Shown here piece after piece: positions 17,929 to 27,129 of a stretch of 64,000 nt of DNA. A program made the translations under genes and the position numbers. This DNA comes from an uncultured Bacteroidales bacterium (GTDB taxonomy: Bacteria > Bacteroidota > Bacteroidia > Bacteroidales > P3): assembly GCA_963540815.1 (NCBI GenBank), contig CAUTQY010000004.1:15995-79994 (forward strand). Direction: 5' to 3'. The notes beneath the pieces were generated by a model. That model had not been told where the DNA came from, ran no database searches, and was given only the letters and a program-made list of their open reading frames with translations. The stretch's first letter is position 1, and every line of letters begins with the position of its first letter.

Positions 17929-20592
17929 TTAAAACAAACGAGCTTGTTCTCCCTCGTCCGTATCGGAAATATCTCCATCGGGAAAATCCATCACTTTATT
18001 TTCCTCTTCAAATAAAGTATTTTCCTCCTCTCCGTTTGTCGTATCCGAAGAGATAGTATTGTTTTCTTCTCTTTGCGGCTCAGTATAAGGCAAAGACTCC
18101 AAAATCTTTATCTTTACCTTTCCCTCTTTACTAATCTTTTTACCTTTTGCCCTGTATTTTACGGTATCTATGGAATCTGCAATATTTATAGTCTCCCCGT
18201 TTACCTCCATCATTGGCAACCAATCACTCAAACAATGCAATATTTCCGTTTTTTTCTCTTCCGTAAAAGGTATTCTGCTTTGAGTAACCGGCTCGGGAAT
18301 AAAACGTTTTATATATGTTATCTTTGTTTCCAAATCGTTATATATTATAGTAATGGGCTTATTGGGGTTATACTTTTCTATTATCAAAGTATTGTCTTCA
18401 AAATGCAAAGAAAGGTTAGCTTCCGCTATTTGATACCAGCCGGCAGCATTAACCATTAATATTTTATCATTTGTTCCAAACTCTCCCAACAAAATACCTC
18501 TTTCCTCCGAGTTGAGTTTCATAACCGAATCGTCCAACCAAATTTTGCGAGCGGCAAGAGTGGATACCCCACCCGATTTTAGCCCAACGCTTCTTACCGG
18601 GTTGTTATTAACGATGTTGCCTCTTGCTCCTCTGTTTTTGATGTCCAAATCCGCAAAATCATAAACAAAACTTGTTTTTCGCATTCTCGGACTTACTTTT
18701 AAATGAACGGTTACCTTTTCGGCCTCTCCGTTGGAGTTTGCGGAAAAATAAAGAATACTCGAACCGCTAACCCCTTGTGTAAAATCGTATTCCTTATCGC
18801 GTATAACACCCGTTACGGCACAACGTTTGGCAAAGCAACGTCCGAAAGGTCCGTTGTTGTACATTATATTATATATGGTCCTTTCATCGTTGCGTCTAAA
18901 CAAAGATATATAAAGAATATTTTTGCCCACAAAATCTTTTTCGGCAACTTTCTTTACAAAATATTTTCCGTCTTTGTGAACTACTATTATTTCGTCCAAA
19001 GTAGAACACTCGCAAACAAATTTTGCATTTCCGTCGTTTTTTAACTTATAACCGGCAAAACCCTCCTTGTAATTGCAATACAATTTTTCGGTAGCAACTG
19101 CAACGGAAGCCACTTCTATTTTGTCAAAATCTCTTATTTCGGTTTTTCTTACTTTGTTTTTTCCGTACTTATCTTTAAGATGCCTAAACCAACGGATAGC
19201 ATACTCTATAATATGTTCCAGATTATTTTTTACCTCCTCCATTTCAGCCTCTATGGACTCAAGGTCTTTATTTGCCTTGTCGGCATTATATTTTGAAATT
19301 CTATCAATAGGTATTTTTCTCAAATGCAAAACATCCTCCAAAGTCACTTCTCTAATCAAATGTTTTACAAAAGGTTTCAGTCCCTTAAAAATAGTTTCGT
19401 TTATTTGTTCATCCGTTGTACAGGGTTTGATATTTTCATAAATCTCGTTTTCTATAAAAATACGCTCCAAAGAAATCCATTGCCATTTTTCTTTCAATTC
19501 GTTTAGTTGCAATTCCAACTCCGTTTTCAACAAATCAACCGTACGTTGCGTATTCTTTTTTAGAATCTCACTTATCGGCATGAAAGCAGGTTTCTTGTTT
19601 TCGTCTATCACGCAAGAATTCGGAGAAATACTTATTTGACAATCCGTAAAAGCATACAAAGCGTCTATTGTTTGGTCTATGGAAGCATCATTCGGAAGGT
19701 GTATTCTTATTTCTACATTACTTGCCGTATTGTTTTCTATTTTCTTTATTTTCAGTTGACCTTTTTCTGTAGCCTTTGCGATAGAATCTATCAAAGAGTC
19801 GCTTGTTGTAGAGTAAGGTATTTCGGTTATAACGAGAGTTTTTTTATCTTCCTGGGTCATTTTTGCCCTTACAAGAATTTTTCCTCCCCTTACTCCGTCA
19901 TTATATTTGCTTATGTCTATAAGCCCCCCTGTTTGAAAATCGGGATATAGGGCAAAGGGTTTGTTTTGCAAAATAGAAATGGAAGCCCCTAACAATTCAT
20001 TAAAATTATGCGGAAGTATTTCGCAAGCCAACCCTACTGCTATACCCTTGGCTCCTTGTGCCAAAAGCAAGGGAAATTTTATGGGAAGAGTATCCGGTTC
20101 TTGATTTCTGCCATCATAAGAAGGGTGAAAAGTGGTAGTTTTATAATTAAAAGCAACCTCAAGGGCAAACTTACTCAAGCGGGCTTCTATGTAACGAGGT
20201 GCGGCAGCAGAGTCTCCCGTTATAATATTACCCCAGTTACCCTGTGTCTCTATCATTGTCTCCTTTTGTCCGAGTTGTACCGTTGCGCCGTAAATGGAAG
20301 AATCTCCGTGCGGGTGATATTTCATTGTGTTACCTACTATGTTGGCCACTTTGTTGAATCTGCCGTCCTCCAATTCTCTCATGGAATGAAGGATACGGCG
20401 TTGCACGGGTTTTAATCCGTCGTAAAGATGAGGCACGGCTCTTTCCAAAATAACATAACTTGCATAGTCTAAGAACCAATTTTCGTACATACCTCTAATG
20501 GAGGTCATTTGTCTGTATGAGTTGTGTGATTCTTCTACGGGTAGGTTTTCCGTATTCTCTTTATTGTTAAGATTGGCGTTTGTCTCTTCCAT
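17929..20592 (-). CDS. parC: DNA topoisomerase IV subunit A (GyrA/ParC family)
   Basis: ORF track 17929..20634. The start is moved to ATG 20592 (MEETNANL...) because the upstream codons are a TACTTTTG promoter box. Motifs: YASYVILERAVPHLYDGLKPVQRRILHSM and AAPRYIEARL (active-site Tyr region). The size and absence of a GyrA box favour ParC. There is an acidic C-terminal tail. Confidence 0.8.
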   Translation of the reverse strand: MEETNANLNNKENTENLPVEESHNSYRQMTSIRGMYENWFLDYASYVILERAVPHLYDGLKPVQRRILHSMRELEDGRFNKVANIVGNTMKYHPHGDSSIYGATVQLGQKETMIETQGNWGNIITGDSAAAPRYIEARLSKFALEVAFNYKTTTFHPSYDGRNQEPDTLPIKFPLLLAQGAKGIAVGLACEILPHNFNELLGASISILQNKPFALYPDFQTGGLIDISKYNDGVRGGKILVRAKMTQEDKKTLVITEIPYSTTSDSLIDSIAKATEKGQLKIKKIENNTASNVEIRIHLPNDASIDQTIDALYAFTDCQISISPNSCVIDENKKPAFMPISEILKKNTQRTVDLLKTELELQLNELKEKWQWISLERIFIENEIYENIKPCTTDEQINETIFKGLKPFVKHLIREVTLEDVLHLRKIPIDRISKYNADKANKDLESIEAEMEEVKNNLEHIIEYAIRWFRHLKDKYGKNKVRKTEIRDFDKIEVASVAVATEKLYCNYKEGFAGYKLKNDGNAKFVCECSTLDEIIVVHKDGKYFVKKVAEKDFVGKNILYISLFRRNDERTIYNIMYNNGPFGRCFAKRCAVTGVIRDKEYDFTQGVSGSSILYFSANSNGEAEKVTVHLKVSPRMRKTSFVYDFADLDIKNRGARGNIVNNNPVRSVGLKSGGVSTLAARKIWLDDSVMKLNSEERGILLGEFGTNDKILMVNAAGWYQIAEANLSLHFEDNTLIIEKYNPNKPITIIYNDLETKITYIKRFIPEPVTQSRIPFTEEKKTEILHCLSDWLPMMEVNGETINIADSIDTVKYRAKGKKISKEGKVKIKILESLPYTEPQREENNTISSDTTNGEEENTLFEEENKVMDFPDGDISDTDEGEQARLF

Positions 20593-20623
20593 AATTTCTC
20601 TTTTGATACAATGAAAAGTGTTG

Positions 20624-20631
20624 CAAAAGTA
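20624..20631 (-). promoter_or_regulatory. -7 box (TACTTTTG) upstream of parC
   Basis: caaaagta on plus, 31 nt upstream of ATG 20592. Confidence 0.5.
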
Positions 20632-20796
20632 CAAAAAAAGTTTTACTTACCTCTCTGCCCCGTCCTCCTTGTCCGGTCCAAACCATAACAAGACAAGCTA
20701 ATTATCACAAGATATTGCAAAAGCCTTGGCGAATCGTCAATATGTCATCGTGCTTGTTTTTTGTAGAAAAAACAAACCAAGACCTTAAAAAAAACG

Positions 20797-20804
20797 TACC
20801 TTTG
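20797..20804 (+). promoter_or_regulatory. -7 box (TACCTTTG) upstream of aguB
   Basis: TACCTTTG lies 31 nt upstream of ATG 20836. Confidence 0.5.
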
Positions 20805-20835
20805 CATTCGGAATAAATGGAAATAAACAAAGGTA

Positions 20836-21696
20836 ATGAAGATAAAGGTCGGACTTGTGCAAATGTCGTGCACAAAGGATAGAGAAGTCAATATAAAAAA
20901 AGCCATAAGAAGTGTGGAAGAACTTGCAAAACAAGGAGCAAATATTGTTTGTTTGCAAGAGTTGTTTTCTTCCTTATATTTTTGTGAAACGGAAAACCAT
21001 GACAGTTTTGCCTTAGCAGAGCAAATACCGGGTAAGACTACGGAAATGTTTGGCAATTTGGCAAAAGAGAACGGTGTTGTTATAGTCTCTTCGTTGTTTG
21101 AAAGGCAAATGGCAGGAGTTTATTATAATACCACAGCTGTTTTGGATGCAGACGGAAAATACTTGGGAAAATATCGCAAAATGCACATTCCGGACGACCC
21201 TGGTTATTACGAAAAGTTTTATTTTACTCCCGGCGATTTGGGTTATCAAGTTTTTGAAACAAAATTCGGTAAGATTGGAGTTTTGATTTGTTGGGACCAA
21301 TGGTACCCTGAGGCTTCGCGTCTTACGGCTTTAAAGGGAGCGGATATTATTTTCTACCCTACTGCTATTGGTTGGGCAAGCTCACAAGACGAGACAACAA
21401 ACAAAGAGCAATACTATGCTTGGCAAACCATACAAAGAAGCCATGCCATAGCAAACGGAGTACATACCGTTTCGGTAAATCGCACGGGCAAAGAGGGAGA
21501 AATGCAATTTTGGGGAGGAAGTTTTGTTTGCAATCCTTTTGGTACTATACTTTACGAGGCTTCTCACTTTGAAGAAGAAAATATAATAGTGGAAATAGAT
21601 ACCAATCTTACGGAGCATTATCGTACACATTGGCCTTTTTACAGGGACAGAAGAATAGATTCCTATTCGGATATAACCAAAAAGTATATTAAATAA
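20836..21696 (+). CDS. aguB: N-carbamoylputrescine amidase (carbon-nitrogen hydrolase family)
   Basis: 286 aa. VGLVQMSC, CLQELF and the catalytic Cys context VLICWDQWYPE are nitrilase-superfamily motifs. It is translationally coupled (ATAATG/TAATG overlap at 21696) to agmatine deiminase. Confidence 0.85.
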   Translation: MKIKVGLVQMSCTKDREVNIKKAIRSVEELAKQGANIVCLQELFSSLYFCETENHDSFALAEQIPGKTTEMFGNLAKENGVVIVSSLFERQMAGVYYNTTAVLDADGKYLGKYRKMHIPDDPGYYEKFYFTPGDLGYQVFETKFGKIGVLICWDQWYPEASRLTALKGADIIFYPTAIGWASSQDETTNKEQYYAWQTIQRSHAIANGVHTVSVNRTGKEGEMQFWGGSFVCNPFGTILYEASHFEEENIIVEIDTNLTEHYRTHWPFYRDRRIDSYSDITKKYIK

Positions 21697-22739
21697 TGTA
21701 TCAATCGGAGTCTCAAACACCCAAACAATTAGGCTTTCGTTTTCCTGCCGAATGGGAAAAACATAAAGCAACCTGGCTATCCTATCCGCACAAAGAGGCC
21801 TCTTGGCCGGGCAAAATAGAAAGTATTTTTCCTGCTTATAATTTGTTTATCAAAGAGTTGGCAGAAACGGAGAAAGTACACATAAATGTTAATGACACAA
21901 AAAAACAACTCCTTATTGAAGAACAATTAAGACTAGATAACACAAAAACGGAAAATATTCGTTTCCATTTGTTTGAAACCAATGATGCTTGGATTAGAGA
22001 CCATGGTCCTAGTTTTCTTATCAACCAAAAAGGAGAAAAAGCCTTGGTTAATTGGGAGTATAATGCTTGGGGAGGAAAGTACGAGTCGGATTTGGACAAT
22101 TTGATTCCCCAAAAAATAGGAGACCTCTTGGGTTTGCCTGTTTTCAATACCGGTATTGTTATGGAGGGCGGAAGTATAGACGTAAACGGCAAAGGCGACC
22201 TTATTACCTCCAAATCTTGTTTGCTAAACCCAAATAGAAATCCGCAACTTTCTCAAAAAGAAATAGAAAACAAACTATGCAACTATTATGGCGTTGAAAA
22301 TATTATTTGGTTGCAAGACGGTATTGTAGGAGATGATACCGACGGACATATCGATGATATGACCCGTTTTGTAAATAAAGATACCCTTATAACCATGGTA
22401 GAAGAGGACAGAAATGACGATAATTACGAAATTTTGCAAAACAATCTCAAACTGTTAAAAACATTCAGACTATCCGACGGCAAACAACCTAACATTGTTG
22501 AAATTAAAATGCCAAAAGCGGTTTATTATCAAGGAGAGCGTTTGCCGGCCTCGTATGCCAATTTTTATATTTGCAACAAAAAAGTAATAGTGCCTACATA
22601 CAGATGTTCTCAAGACGATAAGGCAATATATACATTTGAAGAGGTTTTCAAAGACAGACAAATAATAGGAATAGACTCTAGCGATATTATTTGGGGATTG
22701 GGTTCGTTCCATTGTCTTAGTCAACAGGAGCCGGAATAA
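21696..22739 (+). CDS. aguA: Agmatine deiminase
   Basis: 347 aa. FRFPAEWEKHKATWLSYPH, DAWIRDHGP, GDDTDGHIDD and the C-terminal GSFHCLSQQ (catalytic Cys) match the family. Confidence 0.9.
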   Translation: MYQSESQTPKQLGFRFPAEWEKHKATWLSYPHKEASWPGKIESIFPAYNLFIKELAETEKVHINVNDTKKQLLIEEQLRLDNTKTENIRFHLFETNDAWIRDHGPSFLINQKGEKALVNWEYNAWGGKYESDLDNLIPQKIGDLLGLPVFNTGIVMEGGSIDVNGKGDLITSKSCLLNPNRNPQLSQKEIENKLCNYYGVENIIWLQDGIVGDDTDGHIDDMTRFVNKDTLITMVEEDRNDDNYEILQNNLKLLKTFRLSDGKQPNIVEIKMPKAVYYQGERLPASYANFYICNKKVIVPTYRCSQDDKAIYTFEEVFKDRQIIGIDSSDIIWGLGSFHCLSQQEPE

Positions 22740-22767
22740 CAAACGTATTTACAAAAACATAATCGAT

Positions 22768-24264
22768 ATGAAAAAAAGAATATTTACATTCTTGTTATTT
22801 GCTATCGGGGTAGTGTTCGTTACCAATGCACAAGTAGAGGAACAATTAAAGAAACATGTTTATTATCTTGCCTCCAAGGAATTAAAAGGACGAAAGGCAC
22901 AAACACCGTATGCGGAAAAGGCTTTTGATTATATAAAAACAGACCTTGAAGCGTACGGACTTGTATGCAAAGATTTTTTTATTGATGCCGATAGTATGAA
23001 AACAATATCTGAGGAGATTGATTATTCGGGCAAATATCACACTCTTTATACGGTGATAGAATCAAATAAGGAAAACAAAACAGATGAGTATTTGATAATT
23101 ACGGCTGACTATTCCGGTAAGGGAGTAGATACCGTACAAGGTTATGAATTAATAAAATATTCTGCCAATAGTACTGCCTCCTCCGTTGCTATTGCTATGG
23201 AGTTGGCAAAGATTTTCAAAACAGAAAGTCAAAATCTTAAACGCGGAATAATAGTCCTTTTTTGTGAAAATGATAATACAACACCTTTTGCCGATTATCT
23301 CAATAAGGAATATAATAATATAATATTAGGGTTTGATTTGGCTAATTTGGGCTACCAAGAAAAAGATTCCTTAGGCAATTATGACGAAGAAGCTTATAAT
23401 ATAGATTACCAATTATCTACAAGGGTAAAGAAAGCCACTCAAATAGTTAATGCTTTGGTTTTAAATAATTTGGAGATAAACTCCGAGGTATATTTGAATT
23501 ATTCCGACCCAAATTCAAAAATACCCTTTAACTTCATTTCAAACAACAATTACCTTTACCAATACGAGGATGTTGCAGATAGTTTGGATTATGTCATGAT
23601 GGATAAACTAACTACTCAGATTCAACAAGTTATAACAGCCTTTGACAATGCAAATTTGAAGATAGAAGACTATCAAGAAAAAATGGAAACTTCTGAAAAT
23701 GAACAACCGTGGTTAGTCTCTGCTTTCAACAACCAATATAAACACAAGAGTTATTTCGGTATCCATCTTATGCCTTGTGGAAGTAACCAACACAAATACA
23801 GTGAAGGAACTATGACAGGTAAAAACTCCTTCGCTTTTTCTGCCGGTGTGTTTTATCGTTGGCAATTTGCGGGGTGTTGGGCTTTGCAGTTGGATGCAAA
23901 TTATGAGTATTTGACTGCAAAAAGACACGAGGGTAACTACTCGGCAAATGTGCTTTCCTTTCCGCTATCTCTTGTTTTAACCACAGGAGGTAGAGCGGCT
24001 ATGGGTTTGGATATTTCAGTGGGGGCTCATTACGATTACATGCTCAGTGGCGAGCTTGAGGGAAAAGAAATATCTTTCGATTATTTTAAAAGAAAAAAAT
24101 GGGGCTGGCATTTCGGTTTCAGTTTTAGATTTGCTCGTCTTATTTTTGGTGCTTATTACAAGATGCCGTTAGGCAGTGTAAATACCGAAGAATATAGATT
24201 ATCAAAATATATGAATAACATAAAAGAGTCAACCTCTTATTTTAAACTTGGTTGGAGATTCTAA
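22768..24264 (+). CDS. Secreted fusion protein: degenerate M28-peptidase-like N-domain plus porin-type OM beta-barrel C-domain
   Basis: 498 aa with a signal peptide. The N-half is collinear with M28 (LASKELKGR...; ITADYSG; SANSTASSVAIAMELAKIF; FCENDN), but the metal-ligand positions look substituted. The C-terminal ~170 aa show an alternating aromatic pattern ending YFKLGWRF, like OMP_b-brl_2 barrels. Confidence 0.55.
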   Translation: MKKRIFTFLLFAIGVVFVTNAQVEEQLKKHVYYLASKELKGRKAQTPYAEKAFDYIKTDLEAYGLVCKDFFIDADSMKTISEEIDYSGKYHTLYTVIESNKENKTDEYLIITADYSGKGVDTVQGYELIKYSANSTASSVAIAMELAKIFKTESQNLKRGIIVLFCENDNTTPFADYLNKEYNNIILGFDLANLGYQEKDSLGNYDEEAYNIDYQLSTRVKKATQIVNALVLNNLEINSEVYLNYSDPNSKIPFNFISNNNYLYQYEDVADSLDYVMMDKLTTQIQQVITAFDNANLKIEDYQEKMETSENEQPWLVSAFNNQYKHKSYFGIHLMPCGSNQHKYSEGTMTGKNSFAFSAGVFYRWQFAGCWALQLDANYEYLTAKRHEGNYSANVLSFPLSLVLTTGGRAAMGLDISVGAHYDYMLSGELEGKEISFDYFKRKKWGWHFGFSFRFARLIFGAYYKMPLGSVNTEEYRLSKYMNNIKESTSYFKLGWRF

Positions 24265-24285
24265 AAATAAGAAAGGACAAAAAAA

Positions 24286-25233
24286 ATGAAAACCAAATTT
24301 AATATAGTTGCCGTAGAACCAATAGGTATTGATAGGGAAAAAGCTGAAGAAATAAAACTTTTGTTTGAAAAATACGAATGCTCTTTTTCTGTGTATAATG
24401 ACAGGAAAGAAGATTCACAAAGTTTGACAGAAAGGATAGCGGATAACGATGTTGCAATTGTTTCCAACATCCCTTTGAAAAAGGAAGTTTTGGAAAAATG
24501 CCACAATCTCAAACTATTGGCAATTGCTTTTACAGGTATAGACCATGTGGATACCGATTATTGCAAACAAAAAGGTATTGAAATTATTAATGCCTCCGGC
24601 TATGCTACCGAAGCAGTAAGCGAGCTTACAATAGGTTTGATTTTGGACGTTTTTAGAAAAATCTCCGAATTTAATAACAACATTAGAATCGGTGGAACAA
24701 GAAATAATTTCTTGGGAAGAGAGTTGTACGGCAAAACAGTCGGCATTATAGGTATGGGGGCAATAGGCAAGAGAACGGCATTGCTGTTAAAAGCCTTTGG
24801 TTGCAATGTTTTGGCTTATTCCCACAGTAGCAATCTTGTTATGGAAAGGGAGGGCGTAAAGTATGTTGATTTTAATACTCTAATGTCTCAAAGCGATGTT
24901 ATTTCTTTGCACATACCTCTAACTTCTCAAACGGAAAACCTTATAAATAAAGAAAATCTAAAACTTTGCAAACCTTCCACTATTTTGATAAATACCTCAC
25001 GCGGTAAAGTGGTCAATAGTGAAGATTTGGCTTATTGCCTCAATAACGGACTTTTGGCAGGAGCAGCCATAGATGTTTATGAAAATGAGCCTCCTTTAAA
25101 AGAAAATCATCCGCTTTTGCGGGCAAAAAATTGTATCTGTGTGCCTCATATAGCATACGCAACGAGGGAGAGTTTTGACAAACGAATAAATATTATAATA
25201 GAAAAAATAGAGAAGTGGTTGAATCATCAATAA
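24286..25233 (+). CDS. D-isomer-specific 2-hydroxyacid dehydrogenase family (glycerate/phosphoglycerate dehydrogenase-like)
   Basis: 315 aa. NAD-binding GIIGMGAIGKRTA, NTSRG, and the HIAYAT catalytic His region. Confidence 0.8.
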   Translation: MKTKFNIVAVEPIGIDREKAEEIKLLFEKYECSFSVYNDRKEDSQSLTERIADNDVAIVSNIPLKKEVLEKCHNLKLLAIAFTGIDHVDTDYCKQKGIEIINASGYATEAVSELTIGLILDVFRKISEFNNNIRIGGTRNNFLGRELYGKTVGIIGMGAIGKRTALLLKAFGCNVLAYSHSSNLVMEREGVKYVDFNTLMSQSDVISLHIPLTSQTENLINKENLKLCKPSTILINTSRGKVVNSEDLAYCLNNGLLAGAAIDVYENEPPLKENHPLLRAKNCICVPHIAYATRESFDKRINIIIEKIEKWLNHQ

Positions 25234-25332
25234 AGCCGTTAAAAAATTAATATCATAATCTCCGTTATTACAAACCTTCGCTTTGAGGTCTGACAATCTC
25301 AAACCATACATTATTGCCCACACTTCCCTTTT

Positions 25333-25444
25333 CGTCATTGCGAGACTTTGCAAAACTCGTGGCAATCTCACAAATTACGTCCTTGCGAGCGAAAAGCGAA
25401 GCAATCCATAACGATTTTTATATTGCCATACCTTATAAAAATTC
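25333..25444. repeat. REP-like units forming the left arm of a 383-bp nested palindrome
   Basis: The sequence is cgtcattgcgagactttgcaaaactcgtggcaatc ... tccttgcgagcgaaaagcgaagcaatcc. It is mirrored at 25594-25715. Confidence 0.8.
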
Positions 25445-25593
25445 TGCCTTCCTTTGTTTGCTTTCTGCCAAACAGCGATTCGTTATCAAAAAAACATAGT
25501 TTTTTGAGTCAAAAAACTACCTTTTTTTGCCGAAAAAACTACGTTTTTTCATCATCGAATCAAGGAATGGCAGAAAGCAAACAAAGAAAGGCA
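25445..25593 (-). repeat. 149-bp palindromic element, copy 2 (inverted relative to copies 1 and 3)
   Basis: Same length and same 26-bp termini (tgccttcctttgtttgctttctgcca / tggcagaaagcaaacaaagaaaggca). The subterminal aacagcgattcgttatc is the reverse complement of gataacgaatcgctgtt in copy 3. Read in the common orientation, the module cores are CGTAG, GGTAG and CTATG. Confidence 0.85.
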
Positions 25594-25715
25594 AAATTAT
25601 AATAAGAAATAGATTGCTTCGCTTTTCGCTCGCAAGGACAGACGCTGAGGGTTCGCAATGAGGGCTTGTAACATTTTTTGTGGATTGTCACGCGACAAAG
25701 TTGCTCGCAATGACG
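25594..25715. repeat. REP-like units forming the right arm of the nested palindrome
   Basis: gattgcttcgcttttcgctcgcaagga is an exact inverted repeat of 25382-25408. It is followed by ...ggattgtcacgcgacaaagttgctcgcaatgacg. Confidence 0.8.
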
Positions 25716-25785
25716 GAAAAGGAGAACAAGGTTAATAAAAAACATATAGGTGGTGTTACCTACCGTCAATAAAAATTAGTTGTTT

Positions 25786-27084
25786 TTATTTTCTGAGTGG
25801 AATAAAGAATCTCTTTTTGACTAATAATTTTCTTAGTCTTTCTCTCTCTGCTTTGCGTTCTTGTCTGACTTTTCTTGTAAGTCTCAAACGATAGGCTGCA
25901 AAAGTGCTTATAAAGTAAACTGCAACTTGTATCCAAAGAGCAAAATGTTCTGTACTTATATTCACAAGAGAGGCTCCCAGGGTGTTCATTCTTATAAAAC
26001 TGTTTGAGGCAAGAGTGGAAGGAAAAACAAAAGAAAAAATTTTCCAAAACTCAGGCATAGCCTCACGAGGCCAAGAAAAACCACTCATCAGAAGTATGGG
26101 TATGGACATAAAGATATAAACGGGAATTGCGTTTTCTCTATGATAAAACAAGGTGGAGATTGTCATACCCAAAAATATGCTCGCAAACAAGAAAGGAATA
26201 ATAAACCAAAACAATTCCAAAGGTGAAGACATTAAGGCAGGTAGATTAAAGATATGAGGAATCATTATAAGTAAGTATATGCTTATAGGTATGTAAACTA
26301 TAAACACTGCCAAAGCACGACCAAAAATAACACGAAACAAACCTCTATAATGTACATTGTTTGGCGTTAAATCCCTCCATTTGCTACGCTCGGTAGTTTT
26401 TCCCGCCATCATTCCTATACCCATCAAGATAGTTTGTTGAATAAGAATAATCAAAACAATGGGCGTTATAAATGAAGGGTAACCTCCCGGGTTGTACAAA
26501 ATAGTCTCTTGAGGAATAAATTTTCTTATACCCCGCACTGCATCATCGTATGTAGAACCTTGCGATATAAGTCCTGTTGCCTCAATCTCATATCCCATAG
26601 TCCTGCTAACATATGAACTTGCAACAGAGAGATTCCTATACCAGAAAAAGGACGATACGTCGGCAAAAATATTTACATGTGTTTGTTTTCCGCTATTAAT
26701 ATCTTTTGAAAATGTTTTTGGTATGTTGATTATTCCATGAACTTTTCCGTGTCTTTGCAAATCCTTAGCCTCCTCTACGGAAGCACATTCATAGGCAACC
26801 TTTACTTCGGGAGTAGCATCTATCATACGAACGTATTTTCTACTCATAGAAGATTTTGAATTATCCACTATGGCTATAGGGGCATCTCGCAAAGCCTCCT
26901 TATTGTAGATAAAACAAACAGCCAAAGGATAAACCAAAGTAGCAATAAAAAATATTATTATAACTCCGGCGTCCGTAAATATACCGTACAACTCTTTGCG
27001 AAGAATATAAAACATATCCAACCAAGCCATACGATTTTCTTTAAAAGCCTTTTTTATATTACCGAAATTTAAATTTACTTTCAT
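25786..27084 (-). CDS. ABC-2 type transporter permease (YhhJ/YbhS-like)
   Basis: 432 aa. One N-terminal TM helix, a large periplasmic loop, then a C-terminal 5-TM bundle, which is the typical ABC-2 membrane protein layout. It is the last gene of the TolC-HlyD operon. Confidence 0.75.
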   Translation of the reverse strand: MKVNLNFGNIKKAFKENRMAWLDMFYILRKELYGIFTDAGVIIIFFIATLVYPLAVCFIYNKEALRDAPIAIVDNSKSSMSRKYVRMIDATPEVKVAYECASVEEAKDLQRHGKVHGIINIPKTFSKDINSGKQTHVNIFADVSSFFWYRNLSVASSYVSRTMGYEIEATGLISQGSTYDDAVRGIRKFIPQETILYNPGGYPSFITPIVLIILIQQTILMGIGMMAGKTTERSKWRDLTPNNVHYRGLFRVIFGRALAVFIVYIPISIYLLIMIPHIFNLPALMSSPLELFWFIIPFLFASIFLGMTISTLFYHRENAIPVYIFMSIPILLMSGFSWPREAMPEFWKIFSFVFPSTLASNSFIRMNTLGASLVNISTEHFALWIQVAVYFISTFAAYRLRLTRKVRQERKAERERLRKLLVKKRFFIPLRK

Positions 27085-27129
27085 CCTTCTTATAAATCTA
27101 TTTTATTGTACTTTAATACATAGTGTTTT

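Noticed and set aside
17929-18060. The acidic C-terminal tail of ParC (..DGDISDTDEGEQARLF), considered as a separate feature.
   Set aside because: It is a continuous part of the same ORF. Low-complexity acidic tails occur in type II topoisomerases, and nothing sets it apart.
20634-20720. A relatively GC-rich patch (gccccgtcctccttgtccggtcc) in the parC-aguB intergenic region, considered as a possible small RNA.
   Set aside because: No convincing stem-loops, terminator or repeated occurrence could be seen. There is insufficient evidence.
25314-25769. Small ORFs inside the repeat regions: here, and at 3155..3340, 56431..56814, 56487..56702, 56825..57121 and 56874..57056.
   Set aside because: They translate palindromic repeat DNA (..SLRATLLR.., ..CERKAKQSI..). 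The frames are not conserved between copies, and equivalent positions carry stops in other copies.
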